In this document: one piece after another, positions 27,295-39,003 of the stretch | Position numbering within the stretch: the stretch's first letter is position 1 | Layout: the number at the start of each line of letters is the position of its first letter | DNA from: Xanthobacteraceae bacterium | GTDB lineage: Bacteria > Pseudomonadota > Alphaproteobacteria > Rhizobiales > Xanthobacteraceae | Direction: 5' to 3' | Assembly: GCA_035472475.1 (NCBI GenBank) | Contig: DATIPA010000119.1 | Coordinates: forward strand, 330-64,329 | DNA length: 64,000 nt | Made by a program: the position numbers and the translations under genes | The notes under the pieces: model-generated | The model's input: the letters and a program-made list of their open reading frames with translations, nothing else | Databases searched by the model: none | Told to the model about the DNA's origin: nothing

Positions 27295-28845
27295 TCAGGC
27301 AGAGGCATCAAGCCACACCTCGGTGAACTTTGGCGTGCCCGGCAGGTTGTCGACCAGATTACGGACCTTGGGGCTCGTAACAATGATGTTGGGCGAGATG
27401 AACTGTGGAACCTGCAGCGCCTGCTCGATCACAAAGCGCTGGAGCTTGGCGAAGGCCGCCTTACGAGCGAGCTGATCCTGCGCCGCCATGGTGGCGTCGA
27501 CGAGCTCGCGATAGCCCGGAACTTCGATCTTGGCGGCGTTGCGCAGCGCGTCCTTGCCGAACATCGCGTCGTAAAACTGACTCGGATCCGGGTAACCGCC
27601 GGTCGGGCTGATCAGCATGGCGCCCTTCTTTTCCAGCAGGAAGTTCTGCATCGCTTGCCCGGGCGCGACCGGGGTCAGTTTCACGCGGAAGCCAGCCTTT
27701 GCGAGTTGCGATACGATCAGCTCCTGACGCTGCATCGCGGTCTGATCCGGCCAGCCGAAGGCGTCGAGGTCGAGGCCGTTCGCGTATCCAGCCTCGGCCA
27801 GCAGCCGCTTGGCCTTGTCCGGGTCGTGGCCGTAGTAGTTGATGGTGGTCTCGTCGCAAGCCCAATGCTGCTTGGGCAGAATCGCATTGGTCGGCTGACC
27901 GAGCCCGAGCACGATCACCTTGTTGATTTCCTCGCGATTGATCGCGTAGTTGAGCGCTTGCCGGACGCGCACATCGTCGAGCGGCGGTCGACCGTAATTC
28001 AGGAATATTCCGTAGAACGTCAGCGAGGGCCCGACGCTCACCGTCACGTTGGTCGAGCGATCCGCCACCGCCTTCTGTTGCGCCTGCATGTTGAGGACGA
28101 CGTCGGCCTCACCAGCGATCGCGGTGCGCAGCGCGGTGTTGAGCTCGTTGATGATGCGAATGTTGATGCCGTCGAGATAGGGCAAGCCCTGCTTCCGGTA
28201 CCTGTCGTTGCGCACGAGCGTGAAGCTGGCGTTGTCCTGCCAGTCGACGAACCGGAATGGTCCGGTCCCAACCGGCGTGCGGTCGATGTTCGGTCCCTTG
28301 TCCTGCACCGACTTGGGCGAAACCATGCAGCCGACCCGGTTGGTCAGGACGGTCGGAAGGCCGGCGTTCGGCTTGTTCAGGCGCAATGTGACCTGATTTG
28401 CGCCGGTGACCTCGATCTTGTCCAACGTGCCGAGATCAGGCTTCACATTGGAGCGCGGGTCGGTCTTGTAACGCTCCAGGTTGAACTCGACGGCCTCGGC
28501 GTTGAACGGCGTGCCGTCGTGGAAGCTCACGCCTTCGACGAGGTCCAACACGAGCGTGGTTGGATCGCTGAAGCTCCAAGACTTGGCCAAGCCGGGCTTG
28601 AGCGCGAGCGTCGCCGGCTCAAAGTCGATCAGCGCGTCGAACACCGCGTACAGGACATTGAAATCCGGCAGATTGCGGCCGGTCATCGGATCGACCGAGG
28701 CCGGATTGTAGGGCATTGATACCCGTAGGCTGCCGCCCTTGCGCGGTGTTGTTGCCGAGAACGCGCTGCGCGGCAACAGACCCGCGCTCGCCGCCGCTGC
28801 GCCTGCCTTTATGACCGTGCGCCGGTCTACCGTTGCGCCAACCAT
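27295..28845 (-). CDS. ABC transporter substrate-binding protein (peptide/nickel family 5), copy 2 (tandem paralog)
   Basis: 516-aa ORF, collinear and highly similar to 25638..27200 over its whole length. Confidence 0.9.
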   Translation of the reverse strand: MVGATVDRRTVIKAGAAAASAGLLPRSAFSATTPRKGGSLRVSMPYNPASVDPMTGRNLPDFNVLYAVFDALIDFEPATLALKPGLAKSWSFSDPTTLVLDLVEGVSFHDGTPFNAEAVEFNLERYKTDPRSNVKPDLGTLDKIEVTGANQVTLRLNKPNAGLPTVLTNRVGCMVSPKSVQDKGPNIDRTPVGTGPFRFVDWQDNASFTLVRNDRYRKQGLPYLDGINIRIINELNTALRTAIAGEADVVLNMQAQQKAVADRSTNVTVSVGPSLTFYGIFLNYGRPPLDDVRVRQALNYAINREEINKVIVLGLGQPTNAILPKQHWACDETTINYYGHDPDKAKRLLAEAGYANGLDLDAFGWPDQTAMQRQELIVSQLAKAGFRVKLTPVAPGQAMQNFLLEKKGAMLISPTGGYPDPSQFYDAMFGKDALRNAAKIEVPGYRELVDATMAAQDQLARKAAFAKLQRFVIEQALQVPQFISPNIIVTSPKVRNLVDNLPGTPKFTEVWLDASA

Positions 28846-28910
28846 GTGTTTCTCCCTTCCGGTCTCGTTTTGTTGTTTGGTCTTGACGTCATGAACGCGA
28901 CGTTGCGCGA

Positions 28911-29912
28911 TCAGTTGATGGCCGCTTTGCCCTCGCTCGTAGGCACCGCAGCCGATTGTCCAGCAAAATGGCAGGCCGCAAAATGGCCGGGCGTGATCTC
29001 ACGCCACTCCGGCTCGCGCGCCGAACATTCCGCCACCGCTAACGGGCATCTGGTGTGGAACCGGCAGCCGCTCGGCGGCGCCAGCGCGCTCGGAATCTCA
29101 CCCTGCAAAATGATGCGCTGCTTACTGCGCAGCCGCGCCGGCACGGGCTCCGGCTCGGCCGACATCAGCGCCTGCGTATAGGGATGCAGCGGGGTCGTCA
29201 TCAGCGCCTGCGCGGGACCCAGTTCGACCAGCTTGCCGAAATACATCACCGCCACCCGGTCGCTGACGTGGGCGACAACGCGCAGATCATGGCTGATGAA
29301 AACATAGGTGAGCGAAAACTCGCGCTGGAGCTCCGCGAACAGGTTGAGCATATCGGCCTGGATCGATACATCGAGCGCCGCCACGACTTCATCGCACACG
29401 ATCAGCCGCGGCTCGAGCACCAACGCCCGCGCGATATTGGCCCGCTGTTTCTGGCCGCCCGAGATCTCGTGCGGATAGCGACCCGCGAGCTCGGCCGAGA
29501 GCGCGACCCGGTCGAGCATGGCGAGCGCTTGCCTGTACCGATCCTGCGAGGATCCGATACCGGCGACGTCGAGCGGCTCGCGCACGCTTTCCAGGATTGT
29601 CATGCGCGGATCGAGCGCCGCGTTGGGATCCTGGAAGATGATCTGAAACCCGCGGCGATGACGCCGCAGCTCATGGGCATTGAGCGCAAACGGGTTTTCG
29701 CCGTCGTGCAGCACGCGCCCGCTCGTCGGCCGCACCAGGCATACGATGCAGCGTCCAAGCGTCGACTTGCCCGAACCGGACTCGCCGATGACGCCAAAAG
29801 TCTCGCCTTGCGCGACCCGAAATCCCACGCCGTCAACCGCGCGGATGAACTGATGGCGCTGGCGCGCCGGAAACGCGATCTCGAGTTCATCGACGGTCAG
29901 GATATCGCTCAC
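28911..29912 (-). CDS. ABC transporter ATP-binding protein (DppF/OppF-like)
   Basis: GTG 29912 overlaps the upstream stop (GTGA). Walker [10 protein letters not shown], signature SGGQKQR and a C-terminal oligopeptide-ABC domain. The longer ORF to 30761 is an out-of-frame extension over the upstream gene. Confidence 0.85.
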   Translation of the reverse strand: MSDILTVDELEIAFPARQRHQFIRAVDGVGFRVAQGETFGVIGESGSGKSTLGRCIVCLVRPTSGRVLHDGENPFALNAHELRRHRRGFQIIFQDPNAALDPRMTILESVREPLDVAGIGSSQDRYRQALAMLDRVALSAELAGRYPHEISGGQKQRANIARALVLEPRLIVCDEVVAALDVSIQADMLNLFAELQREFSLTYVFISHDLRVVAHVSDRVAVMYFGKLVELGPAQALMTTPLHPYTQALMSAEPEPVPARLRSKQRIILQGEIPSALAPPSGCRFHTRCPLAVAECSAREPEWREITPGHFAACHFAGQSAAVPTSEGKAAIN

Positions 29913-30949
29913 GATCCGGCTCCCGCCAGGACCAGCGCGTCGGCTCGCCGGCAGCGCACCTGGCGCTCGCCGCGGGCGACGAGTATCTGTGGCTCGCGGC
30001 AGGCCGCCTCGGCGTGGCTGCAGCGTGGACCAAATCGGCAACCGGTTGGCATTTCGCGCGGCGAGGGAACGCGTCCGGGAATCGACGGCAGCTTCGACTT
30101 GCGATGACGTTGCTGCGGCAGTGAACCGAGCAAGCCAGCCGTATAGGGATGCAGCGGCCGCGACAGGATGTCGTCGACCGGTCCATCCTCGACCACCTGC
30201 CCGGCGTACATGGTCAGCATTCGCGAGCAGCTTTCGGCCACGATCCCGAGGTTGTGGGTGATGAACAGGAGCGCCGTGCCGGTGCGTTGACTGAGGTCCT
30301 GCAACAAATCGACAATCTGCGCCTGGATGGTCACATCGAGCGCCGTGGTCGGCTCGTCGGCGATCAGCAGCCGCGGCTCGCACACCAGCGCCATCGCGAT
30401 CATCACCCGCTGCCGCATGCCGCCAGACAAGCTCATCGGATACATCGTCACGCAGTTGCGTGGCGACGGGATCCCGACCGCGGCCAGCGCCTCGACCGCG
30501 CGTTCGCGGGCCTCGCTTGCCGACACCGGGAAATGCGCGCGCACCGTTTCGGCGATCTGATGACCGACGGTGAACACCGGATCGAGCGCGCTCATCGGCT
30601 CCTGAAAGATCATGCCGATGCGGCGTCCGCGCACCCGGCGCATATCGGCCTCGCCGAATTGCACGAGGTCGCGACCCTCGAACAGAATCTGGCCGGTCCG
30701 ACGGCAGCCGCGCCGCGGCAACAACCCGAGGATCGAGAGCGCGGTGATCGATTTGCCGCAACCACTCTCGCCGACGACGCCGAGGGTTTCGCCCGGCATC
30801 ACAGCAAACGAAACGTCCGTGAGCACGGAAAACCAGTCAGATCCGTCGTTGAACGCGATTGACAGATTGCGCACCGACAACAGCGCTTCGCGGGCGGCCG
30901 GTGAGCCGCGCGTTTCCGCGCTCGGTGTTTCGAGTTGGGCCTGAACCAT
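29909..30949 (-). CDS. ABC transporter ATP-binding protein (DppD/OppD-like)
   Basis: 346-aa ORF with Walker A GESGCGKS and signature LSGGMRQR. Confidence 0.9.
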   Translation of the reverse strand: MVQAQLETPSAETRGSPAAREALLSVRNLSIAFNDGSDWFSVLTDVSFAVMPGETLGVVGESGCGKSITALSILGLLPRRGCRRTGQILFEGRDLVQFGEADMRRVRGRRIGMIFQEPMSALDPVFTVGHQIAETVRAHFPVSASEARERAVEALAAVGIPSPRNCVTMYPMSLSGGMRQRVMIAMALVCEPRLLIADEPTTALDVTIQAQIVDLLQDLSQRTGTALLFITHNLGIVAESCSRMLTMYAGQVVEDGPVDDILSRPLHPYTAGLLGSLPQQRHRKSKLPSIPGRVPSPREMPTGCRFGPRCSHAEAACREPQILVARGERQVRCRRADALVLAGAGS

Positions 30950-30961
30950 GCGAAGAATGTT

Positions 30962-31933
30962 CTACTCTTTCTCGATCTTGGCGGCCTGCACGATTCGGCG
31001 CCACTTCTCGTACTCGCCCTTGATCACCTCGCCCATCGCGGCGGGCGACGCCGATGGCCGCGGCTCCGCGCCCGCTTCGAACAAGAACTTGCGGGTTGCC
31101 GGTCGTTCGACGATCTCGACCAGCCAATCATGCATGCGCCCGATGATCGGCTCCGGGGTCGTCCTCGGGAACCATGCGCCCCACACAACCGAATAGTCGA
31201 AATCGGGCACGCCTGCCTCCTGCATGGTGGGAAGCTCGGGCGCGACCGAGACGCGTTTCGCCGGCGTCGATGCGAGCATGCGCATGCGCCCCTGCGAGGC
31301 CTGCGCCATCGCCAAGGTAGCGTCCGGGAAATAGAAGTCGATCAGCCCAGCCACGATGTCGGAGGCAGCCTCGGCTGCGCTCTTGTAGTTCACGCGTGTC
31401 GCCTCGGCGCCGATTTTCTGGAGATAGAGGTTGGCCGCAACCAGGGCACTCGAGGTCTGCACCCCGTAGAGCGCCTTGCCGTTCTTGCTCTTGATGAATG
31501 CCGTGAGCTCGGCGACCGAATGAATAGGCAGTTTCGGATTGACCACCAGAATGAGACCGAGTTCGTTGAGTGTCGTGATCGGCGCCAGCGCCACCATCGG
31601 ATCGTAGTCGATGCCTTTCATTAGCAGCGGATTGCCCACATAGGCGGACGCCCCGGTGATGATCATGGTGTAGCCGTCGGGTCGGGCATCCATCGCGGCC
31701 TGATCGCCGACGTGACCGTTAGCCCCGACCTTGTTCTCGACCACGACCGGCTTTCCGGCCAAGTCCGTCAGGGCGTTGGCATACCAGCGCACCATCAGGT
31801 CGCCGCCGCCGCCAGCCGCATACGCGCAGATGACCTTGATGTTCCGATCGGGATAATCAGCGCGGGCGAGCGACCAGATTGGCACGCTCGCGATCGATAG
31901 CGTGGCAAGCGTCCGCACGAGCCATCGATTCAC
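30962..31933 (-). CDS. Bug family tripartite tricarboxylate transporter substrate-binding protein (TctC-like)
   Basis: 323-aa ORF with a signal peptide and Bug-family pattern (YPDRNIKVICAYAAGGGGD). Its stop is 12 nt upstream of the ABC ATPase start. Confidence 0.85.
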   Translation of the reverse strand: MNRWLVRTLATLSIASVPIWSLARADYPDRNIKVICAYAAGGGGDLMVRWYANALTDLAGKPVVVENKVGANGHVGDQAAMDARPDGYTMIITGASAYVGNPLLMKGIDYDPMVALAPITTLNELGLILVVNPKLPIHSVAELTAFIKSKNGKALYGVQTSSALVAANLYLQKIGAEATRVNYKSAAEAASDIVAGLIDFYFPDATLAMAQASQGRMRMLASTPAKRVSVAPELPTMQEAGVPDFDYSVVWGAWFPRTTPEPIIGRMHDWLVEIVERPATRKFLFEAGAEPRPSASPAAMGEVIKGEYEKWRRIVQAAKIEKE

Positions 31934-32089
31934 GGGTTTCCTCCGGGCTGCTTTGGCCGGCCGTTATCGCCTTGCTGAGACTTGTTGTGGAGAAGCCGGA
32001 CTTGGTCAAGCGTGGGCGAAGGCTGAGGTGGGCAGCGCTTCAGGCTACGGTCATATCGAGGCCAGGGCCACACGGCCCACGCACACGTC

Positions 32090-33391
32090 TCAAGCCGGGG
32101 GCGTTCCGTTCGCGGCCAGCACTTCACCCGCCAGGTAGAGCGACCCGGTGATGAGGATGCGCGGCGGCGGCGACAGCGCGAGCCCGCCGGCCTGGGTCAA
32201 CGCGGCTTCGATCGAATCGCAACGATCCGCCGGGATGCCGACCTTGCGCGCGACCTCCGCCAGAGCATCCGATGTCAGGGTCTTGTCTTGGTGGATCGGC
32301 AGCGTCAGCAGACGTCGTGTCAGCCCGGCGAAGTTACGCAAAAACCCCTCGGCGTCCTTGCTGGCGAGCATGCCCACGATCAGCACCAGCGGGCGCGAGA
32401 CCCGTTCCTCGAGGTCCGCCAATGCGGCCGCGATGATGCGACCGCCGTCGAGGTTGTGGCCGCCGTCGAGCCAGATCTCACTCCCGGCCGGCGCGAGCGC
32501 GATCAGCTTTCCGCTCGTCAGTCGTTGCATGCGCGCGGGCCAGTCGGCCTTGATGATACCTTGCTCGAACGCCCGCGCCGGCAGCGGCAGTCCGGACGCC
32601 CGCAACGCCGCAATCGCGGTCCCGGCGTTGTCGAACTGATGACGACCAAACAACCGCGGCGCCGGCAGATCAAGTAGCCCGGCCGTGTCCTGATAGACCA
32701 GGCGACCGCGCTCCTCGCCGGCAACCCAGTCCTGGCCCATGATGTGCGGGGGCGCGCCGATTTCCTGGGCCCGGTGTGCGATGATCGCGAGCGGACCTTC
32801 GCTCTGGCGACCGATCACGGCCGGCACGTTCCGCCGCAGAATGGCGGCCTTTTCGGTCGCGATCTTCTCGAGCGTATCCCCAAGCAGATCCACATGATCA
32901 ATTGACACCGATGTGATCACGCTGGCGATCGGCCGCTCGACCACGTTGGTTGCATCGAGCCGCCCGCCCAGCCCGACTTCGAGCAGCAACACGTCGGCGG
33001 CGTGACGCGCGAACAGCATGAACGCGGCCGCGGTCTCGATCTCGAACACGGTAATCGGCGCATCGCCGTTGGCACGTTCGCATTCGGCGAGCGCCGAAGC
33101 CAGTTCGTCGTCCGAGACCAGTGTTCCTGCTAATCGAAACCGCTCGTTGATGCGCACCAGATTAGGCGACGTATAGACATGGACGCGTTTGCCGGCGGCC
33201 TCGAGCATCGCGCGCATGAAGGCGATGGTGGAGCCCTTGCCGTTGGTGCCAGCGACGTGGATGACGGGCGGCGCCTTACGTTCGGGATGACCGAGCGACT
33301 CGAGGATGCGCCACATGCGTCCGAGCGAGAGATCGATCCGCCTGGGATGCAGCGCCAGCAGTCGAGCCAGGATTGCGTCGACGTCCGTCAT
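32090..33391 (-). CDS. folC: Bifunctional folylpolyglutamate synthase / dihydrofolate synthase
   Basis: 433-aa ORF with Mur-ligase P-loop HVAGTNGKGST. Conserved accD-folC synteny. Confidence 0.9.
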   Translation of the reverse strand: MTDVDAILARLLALHPRRIDLSLGRMWRILESLGHPERKAPPVIHVAGTNGKGSTIAFMRAMLEAAGKRVHVYTSPNLVRINERFRLAGTLVSDDELASALAECERANGDAPITVFEIETAAAFMLFARHAADVLLLEVGLGGRLDATNVVERPIASVITSVSIDHVDLLGDTLEKIATEKAAILRRNVPAVIGRQSEGPLAIIAHRAQEIGAPPHIMGQDWVAGEERGRLVYQDTAGLLDLPAPRLFGRHQFDNAGTAIAALRASGLPLPARAFEQGIIKADWPARMQRLTSGKLIALAPAGSEIWLDGGHNLDGGRIIAAALADLEERVSRPLVLIVGMLASKDAEGFLRNFAGLTRRLLTLPIHQDKTLTSDALAEVARKVGIPADRCDSIEAALTQAGGLALSPPPRILITGSLYLAGEVLAANGTPPA

Positions 33392-33416
33392 GGGCGGCCG
33401 AGGCCCTTTGCGCCGG

Positions 33417-34313
33417 TTACGCGCTCGCGGGAGCGGGCGACGCCGGAGCAGGTTCGGCCGGCGCGGCGGCGTTGGTGAGCAACCGGCACAGACGTGCGAG
33501 CGTCGCGCGCAGGTCCCGGCGATGCACCACCATGTCCACCATGCCGTGTTCCTTGAGGTATTCGGCCTTTTGAAATCCGTCCGGCAGCTTTTCGCGGATC
33601 GTCTGCTCGATCACCCGTGGTCCCGCAAAACCGATCAACGCGCCGGGCTCGGCGATGTGCACGTCGCCCAGCATTGCGTAGGACGCGGTCACGCCGCCGG
33701 TGGTCGGATTGGTCAGCACGACAATGTAGGGCTTGCGCGTTTCGCGCAGACGCTGAATTGCGATCGTCGTGCGCGGCAGCTGCATGAGTGACAAGATGCC
33801 TTCCTGCATGCGCGCCCCGCCTGACGCCGCAAACACGATGAAGGGCGTGCCCTTGCTGACCGCGGTTTCGATGCCTTTGATTACAGCCTCGCCGGCCGCC
33901 ATGCCGAGCGAGCCGCCCATGAAGTCGAAGTCCTGCACGCCGATGACCACGGGCTGCCGCTCGAGCCGTCCGAACCCGAGCTTGATCGCGTCGTTGAGCC
34001 CGGTCTTGGCGCGCGCATCCTTGATGCGATCGGTATAGCGGCGCTCGTCGCGAAATTTCAGCGGATCGATCGGGACTTCGGGGACCGCAATGTCAAACCA
34101 GGTCTCGTTGTCGAACATCGACTTGAGGCGCGCCAGCGCCCCCATGCGCATATGGTAGTTCGAGCCAGGAATCACGAAGAGATTGGCTTCCACGTCCTTG
34201 TAGAACACGAGCTGGCCGGTCTCCGGGCACTTGATCCAGAGATTTTCCGGCGTATCGCGCCGCACCAGCATGTTGCGGATCTTTGGCCGGACAACGTTGG
34301 AGATCCAGTTCAT
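33417..34313 (-). CDS. accD: Acetyl-CoA carboxylase carboxyltransferase subunit beta
   Basis: 298-aa ORF with [12 protein letters not shown] and LMQLPRTT motifs. trpA-accD-folC synteny. Confidence 0.9.
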   Translation of the reverse strand: MNWISNVVRPKIRNMLVRRDTPENLWIKCPETGQLVFYKDVEANLFVIPGSNYHMRMGALARLKSMFDNETWFDIAVPEVPIDPLKFRDERRYTDRIKDARAKTGLNDAIKLGFGRLERQPVVIGVQDFDFMGGSLGMAAGEAVIKGIETAVSKGTPFIVFAASGGARMQEGILSLMQLPRTTIAIQRLRETRKPYIVVLTNPTTGGVTASYAMLGDVHIAEPGALIGFAGPRVIEQTIREKLPDGFQKAEYLKEHGMVDMVVHRRDLRATLARLCRLLTNAAAPAEPAPASPAPASA

Positions 34314-34358
34314 GAACGCACGCTACCTATCTTCGGTCCGATCGTTTGCCGCGAAGCA

Positions 34359-35195
34359 CTACTCTGCAGCACGCACGCGCGCGCCGCGTACGCCCGCCGC
34401 AAGATCAGCAACCAGGCCGGCGACCGCCTTGACCGTGCCAGGACCGGCCTTTCCATTTACCAGACTTCCGCGCAGAGCATCGACCAAGGCGGAGCCTACC
34501 ACGACGCCGTCAGCACCGCGTGCGATTGCAGCTGCGCTGCCGGCATCCTTCACGCCGAAGCCGACGCAGACCGGCAGCGCCGTGTGGCGCTTGATACGCG
34601 CGACCGCGGCGGAAACCTTGCCGGCATCCGGAACCGCCGAGCCGGTGATGCCGGTGATCGACACGTAGTAGACGAAGCCGGACGTGTTCGTGAGCACCGC
34701 CGGCAAACGCTTGTCATCGGTTGTCGGGGTCGCGAGCCGGATGAAGTTGAGGCCGGCGCGCAATGCCGGCCGACAGAGCTCATCGTCTTCTTCGGGCGGC
34801 AGATCAACCACGATCAATCCGTCGACACCGGCCGCTTTCGCATCGGTCAGGAAACGCTCGACCCCGTAAATATAGATCGGGTTGTAGTAACCCATCAGCA
34901 CGATCGGCGTCTTATCGTCGCTGCGGCGAAATGCAGTCACCATTGCCAGCGTCTTCGTCAAGGTCTGCCCACCCTTGAGCGCGCGCAAGCCGGCGGCCTG
35001 GATCGCCGGGCCGTCCGCCATCGGGTCGGTGAACGGCATGCCGAGCTCGATCACATCGGCCCCGGCGGCCGGCAGCGCCTTGGTGATGGCGAGCGAGGTC
35101 TCATAGTCCGGGTCGCCGCTCATCAGGAAGGTGACAAGCGCGGAACGACCCTCGCGCTTCAATGCGGCAAAGCGGCGGTCGATGCGCGTAGTCAT
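34359..35195 (-). CDS. trpA: Tryptophan synthase alpha chain
   Basis: Start ATG 35195 ([13 protein letters not shown]) overlaps the trpB stop (TAATG). [17 protein letters not shown] motif. Confidence 0.9.
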   Translation of the reverse strand: MTTRIDRRFAALKREGRSALVTFLMSGDPDYETSLAITKALPAAGADVIELGMPFTDPMADGPAIQAAGLRALKGGQTLTKTLAMVTAFRRSDDKTPIVLMGYYNPIYIYGVERFLTDAKAAGVDGLIVVDLPPEEDDELCRPALRAGLNFIRLATPTTDDKRLPAVLTNTSGFVYYVSITGITGSAVPDAGKVSAAVARIKRHTALPVCVGFGVKDAGSAAAIARGADGVVVGSALVDALRGSLVNGKAGPGTVKAVAGLVADLAAGVRGARVRAAE

Positions 35196-36442
35196 TAGAT
35201 CGTTGTTCCCAGGTGCTCGGCCACGGCAAAAATGTCCTTGTCGCCTCGCCCGCACATATTCATCACCATGAGGTGGTCGACCGGTTTGGCGGGCGCAAGC
35301 TCCAGCACCCTGGCAAGCGCGTGCGCGGGTTCAAGCGCCGGAATGATGCCTTCAAGCTTGCAGCACAGCTGGAAAGCGTTGAGCGCCTCCGCGTCGGTCG
35401 CCGACAAATATTTCACGCGGCCGAGATCGCTGAGCCATGAGTGTTCGGGCCCGATGCCCGGGTAATCCAGACCCGCAGAAATCGAGTGGGCTTCCTTGAT
35501 CTGCCCGTCCTCGTCCATCAACAAATAAGTTCGATTGCCGTGCAGCACACCGGGGCGCCCACCGGCAATCGACGCCGCATGCAGGCCGGTCGTAAGTCCG
35601 TGGCCGGCCGCTTCGACCCCGTAGATCTCGATCTCCTTGTCGTCCAGGAACGGGTGGAACAATCCCATCGCATTGGAGCCGCCGCCGATGCATGCCACCA
35701 GGCTGTCGGGCAACCGGCCTTCCGCGGCTAGCATTTGTTCGCGGGTTTCGCGCCCGATCACCGATTGGAAGTCGCGCACCATCATCGGATAAGGATGCGG
35801 ACCCGCAACCGTGCCGATGCAGTAGAACGTCGTGTCTACGTTGGTGACCCAGTCGCGCAACGCCTCGTTCATGGCGTCCTTGAGGGTTTTTGAGCCGGAC
35901 TTCACCGGCCGCACTTCCGCGCCCAGCAGCTTCATCCGAAAAACGTTCGGCTTCTGCCGCTCAACGTCGACAGCGCCCATATAGACGATGCACTCGAGTC
36001 CGAAGCGTGCACACAACGTCGCGGTCGCAACCCCATGCTGGCCGGCGCCGGTTTCGGCGATGATGCGCCGCTTACCCATGCGGCGTGCCAGCAGGATCTG
36101 GCCCAGCACATTATTCACCTTGTGGGCGCCAGTGTGGTTGAGCTCATCGCGCTTGAAATAGATCTTCGCGCCACCGGCGCCGCCGTTAGCCGCCGATACC
36201 GCGCGCAGATGGTCCGTCATCCGTTCCGCGAAATAGAGCGGGCTCGGCCGGCCGACGTAATGCGCGAGGTAATAGTCCATGTCGCGCTTGAATGCCGGAT
36301 CGACCTTCGCGGCCGCATAGGCCTGCTCGAGCTCGAGGATCAGCGGCATCAGCGTTTCGGCCACGAACCGCCCGCCGAACAATCCGAAATGTCCGCGCTC
36401 GTCAGGACCGGTGCGGAAGGAATTGGGCTGTTGAACGGTCAT
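35195..36442 (-). CDS. trpB: Tryptophan synthase beta chain
   Basis: 415-aa ORF with the PLP-lysine region [11 protein letters not shown] and GGGSNAMG. Confidence 0.95.
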   Translation of the reverse strand: MTVQQPNSFRTGPDERGHFGLFGGRFVAETLMPLILELEQAYAAAKVDPAFKRDMDYYLAHYVGRPSPLYFAERMTDHLRAVSAANGGAGGAKIYFKRDELNHTGAHKVNNVLGQILLARRMGKRRIIAETGAGQHGVATATLCARFGLECIVYMGAVDVERQKPNVFRMKLLGAEVRPVKSGSKTLKDAMNEALRDWVTNVDTTFYCIGTVAGPHPYPMMVRDFQSVIGRETREQMLAAEGRLPDSLVACIGGGSNAMGLFHPFLDDKEIEIYGVEAAGHGLTTGLHAASIAGGRPGVLHGNRTYLLMDEDGQIKEAHSISAGLDYPGIGPEHSWLSDLGRVKYLSATDAEALNAFQLCCKLEGIIPALEPAHALARVLELAPAKPVDHLMVMNMCGRGDKDIFAVAEHLGTTI

Positions 36443-37131
36443 ACGCGGCTCATGACGTTGGTAGCGGGTATTTGCATCCGCCGTGCTGCGCGAATGAAGG
36501 CGCGGATCTTGTCGTGATCCTTTTCACCGGGCGCGCGCTCGACCCCCGACGACACGTCGACGCCGGGTGCATTGGTGATAAGCAGAGCAGCCGCGACGTT
36601 GTCCGGGTCGAGGCCGCCGGAGAGCATGTAGGGAACCGCAAGATCGAGCTGTTCCAGCAAATGCCAGTCAAACGGCTTGCCGAGACCGCCCGGACGGGTT
36701 GCCTCGCGCGGCGCGCGCGCGTCGAACAGCAATCGATCTACCACCGTGTCATAGCGTGTAACGGCTGCGAGGTCGGCGCGGGCCTGAACCGCAATCGCCT
36801 TCATCACCGGCAGGCCAAAGCGAGCCTTGATCGCCCGCACGCGCGCCGGCGTTTCGGCGCCATGAAGCTGCAGCAAGTCGGGCCGCAACGCGTCGATGAT
36901 GCCTGCCAGCAGAACATCGTCGGCATCGACGGTGAGCGCGACTTTGCCGGCGCGATCCCCGACGCGGCGCCCCAATTCGGCTGCCGCCACAAGGCCGACG
37001 TCGCGCGGCGACGGCGGAAAGAACACAAAGCCAACCATGTCCGCCCCCGCCTCGAGTGCGACATCGAGCGCGTCGGGGGTTTTCAAGCCGCAGATTTTGA
37101 CCAATACGGACATAGGGTTCGCCAGATTCAA
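36439..37131 (-). CDS. trpF: Phosphoribosylanthranilate isomerase
   Basis: 230-aa ORF ([13 protein letters not shown]...) with an ATGA overlap with trpB. Start could be the internal ATG at MSVLVK. Confidence 0.85.
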   Translation of the reverse strand: MNLANPMSVLVKICGLKTPDALDVALEAGADMVGFVFFPPSPRDVGLVAAAELGRRVGDRAGKVALTVDADDVLLAGIIDALRPDLLQLHGAETPARVRAIKARFGLPVMKAIAVQARADLAAVTRYDTVVDRLLFDARAPREATRPGGLGKPFDWHLLEQLDLAVPYMLSGGLDPDNVAAALLITNAPGVDVSSGVERAPGEKDHDKIRAFIRAARRMQIPATNVMSRV

Positions 37132-37140
37132 GGCGCCGTT

Positions 37141-38115
37141 CTACGCCGATTGTGCGGCGTTGTCTCCCGGCCCCGAAGGCAAGCTCCGCCATACCAGGAT
37201 GGCAGCAGCGAGATCCTCGATTGCACTCCCGACCGACTTGAATAGCGTGATTTCGCCCAGCGCGGCCCGGCCTGCCACCTTGCCGCGGCAAAGATCGAAC
37301 AGGTCGCCGGCGATGTCCGCGGCCGCAATGATGCCGCGCGCCATTGGATCGACGATGTCGCCGGCCTCGCTCAAGGCCCCGGCCCGTGTATCGACATAGA
37401 CCCGCGCGCGCCGCACGACGTCATCGTCGGCTTCGCGCATCGTTGCCGTAAATCCTCCGACGAGGTCGATGTGCGTGCCCTCGCGGATCCAGGCGCCCCG
37501 TAGCAACGGAGTGCTCGCGAGCGTGGCACATGAGATGATGTCCGCCGCACGCGCCGCGGCTTCAAGATCGTCCTCCACCGAAACAGCGAGGCCGGTGTCC
37601 GCAAGCGCTGACGCGAGCGCGTTGGCGCTGCACCGCGTCCGGTTCCAGAGCGTAACCGTCCGAACGGGCCGCACCGCGGCGTGAGCGCGCACGAGGTGGC
37701 GCGCAAGCGCACCTGCACCCACCATCAGCAGGTGCGAGGCATCGGCGCGAGCAAGGTAGCGGGCCGCGAGCGCGGAAGCCGCCGCCGTGCGCCATGCGGT
37801 CAAGGCACGCCCGTCCAGCATGGCGAGTGGCTCGCCGGTCTCGCCCGATAGCAGCACATAGAGGCCATGGAGAGAGGGGCTGCCGAGCTTCGCGTTGTCG
37901 GGGAACACGGTGACGAGCTTGCAACCCAGAAACCCGTCAGCTGTCGTCGTCCACGCGGGCATGAGCAGCAAAGTGGCGTCTCTGCCCGGCCGGGTGATGG
38001 TGTGGTGGTGGCGAACTGGCGTTACGATCTCGGCGCGAAACGCCTCCGCGAGAGCGTCAGCAAGACCGACATAGCTCACCGCGCGGCCGATGGCGTCCGC
38101 GGAGACGATCCGCAC
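37141..38115 (-). CDS. Ornithine cyclodeaminase / mu-crystallin family protein
   Basis: 324-aa ORF with a Rossmann segment LLMVGAGALARHLVRAH and an OCD/mu-crystallin-like layout. Confidence 0.8.
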   Translation of the reverse strand: MRIVSADAIGRAVSYVGLADALAEAFRAEIVTPVRHHHTITRPGRDATLLLMPAWTTTADGFLGCKLVTVFPDNAKLGSPSLHGLYVLLSGETGEPLAMLDGRALTAWRTAAASALAARYLARADASHLLMVGAGALARHLVRAHAAVRPVRTVTLWNRTRCSANALASALADTGLAVSVEDDLEAAARAADIISCATLASTPLLRGAWIREGTHIDLVGGFTATMREADDDVVRRARVYVDTRAGALSEAGDIVDPMARGIIAAADIAGDLFDLCRGKVAGRAALGEITLFKSVGSAIEDLAAAILVWRSLPSGPGDNAAQSA

Positions 38116-38123
38116 GGAGTTGG

Positions 38124-38495
38124 CTATGCCGCCGCCGGGGGCCGCAGCGCAATCCGACGCGCGTCGGCGGGGGCCGCACTTGTGTCAACCGCGTCCAGGC
38201 GGCGCTTGAGTTCGAGATTTTCGCCGCGTAGCGCACGGGCTTCCCGGTCGAGGATGCGAGCGCTACGCCGCCAGCGCGCCTGCCGCAACCAAACCGCGCT
38301 GCCGCCGATAATGACACCGATGATCACCATCGCGAGGGCGACCGTCCAGGCTCTGGGCGAAACGGCAAGCGGTGGAGTGGTCAGCCCCAAAGGATCGAGG
38401 TTGACGATGACGCGCTGCCGGTTCGCCACCGCGAACGCGACCACCATCGCGGCGATCACCAGCAGGATCAGCCAATTGATGACTTTGCCGATCAT
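38124..38495 (-). CDS. LapA-domain (DUF1049) inner-membrane protein
   Basis: 123-aa ORF with two TM segments, then an Arg-rich coiled tail. Sits in the usual position downstream of ihfB. Confidence 0.7.
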   Translation of the reverse strand: MIGKVINWLILLVIAAMVVAFAVANRQRVIVNLDPLGLTTPPLAVSPRAWTVALAMVIIGVIIGGSAVWLRQARWRRSARILDREARALRGENLELKRRLDAVDTSAAPADARRIALRPPAAA

Positions 38496-38530
38496 CGACG
38501 CGGTGCCGGGCTCATGCGTGACAACCCCGT

Positions 38531-38818
38531 TCAGGATTGGATGCGATTGAGACGCTCGCGCATCTCCTTGCCGGTCTTGAAGAACGGCACATGCTTTTCG
38601 TCGACCGCGACATGCGCGCCGGTACGTGGGTTGCGTCCGGTTCTAGCCGGCCGCTCTTTCACCGAAAAGGCGCCGAAACCGCGCAATTCCACGCGGTCGC
38701 CACGTGCCAGTGCGGCGATGATTTCGCCCAGGATGGCGTTGACGATGTTCTCGACGTCGCGTTGATAAAGATGCGGGTTCTGCGTAGCGACACGCTGAAC
38801 GAGTTCTGACTTGATCAT
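38531..38818 (-). CDS. ihfB: Integration host factor subunit beta
   Basis: 95-aa [14 protein letters not shown]...[26 protein letters not shown], an HU/IHF-family signature. Confidence 0.9.
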   Translation of the reverse strand: MIKSELVQRVATQNPHLYQRDVENIVNAILGEIIAALARGDRVELRGFGAFSVKERPARTGRNPRTGAHVAVDEKHVPFFKTGKEMRERLNRIQS

Positions 38819-38972
38819 GTTTCGTCGCCGTTTGCCGCGAGGCGCGCGGCCCCTGATCGAGAGTGCCTTCGGGCGATGACCCCGCCGGTCGAGCCCGGCT
38901 CTCCGTCCGAAACGCTTTTATGAGCGAAACTAGAGCGATTTCCAATGCCCATCAAACGAAAATCGCTCGCGA

Positions 38973-39003
38973 GTGCGGTCGACAAAGGTGTGCGGTCGAC
39001 AAA
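38973..39003. repeat. Tandem direct repeat GTGCGGTCGACAAA x2 (17-nt period) upstream of ihfB
   Basis: Exact 14-mers at 38973-38986 and 38990-39003, each containing the GTCGAC palindrome. An AAAGTG-N5-CACTTT inverted repeat follows at 39002-39018. Confidence 0.4.
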
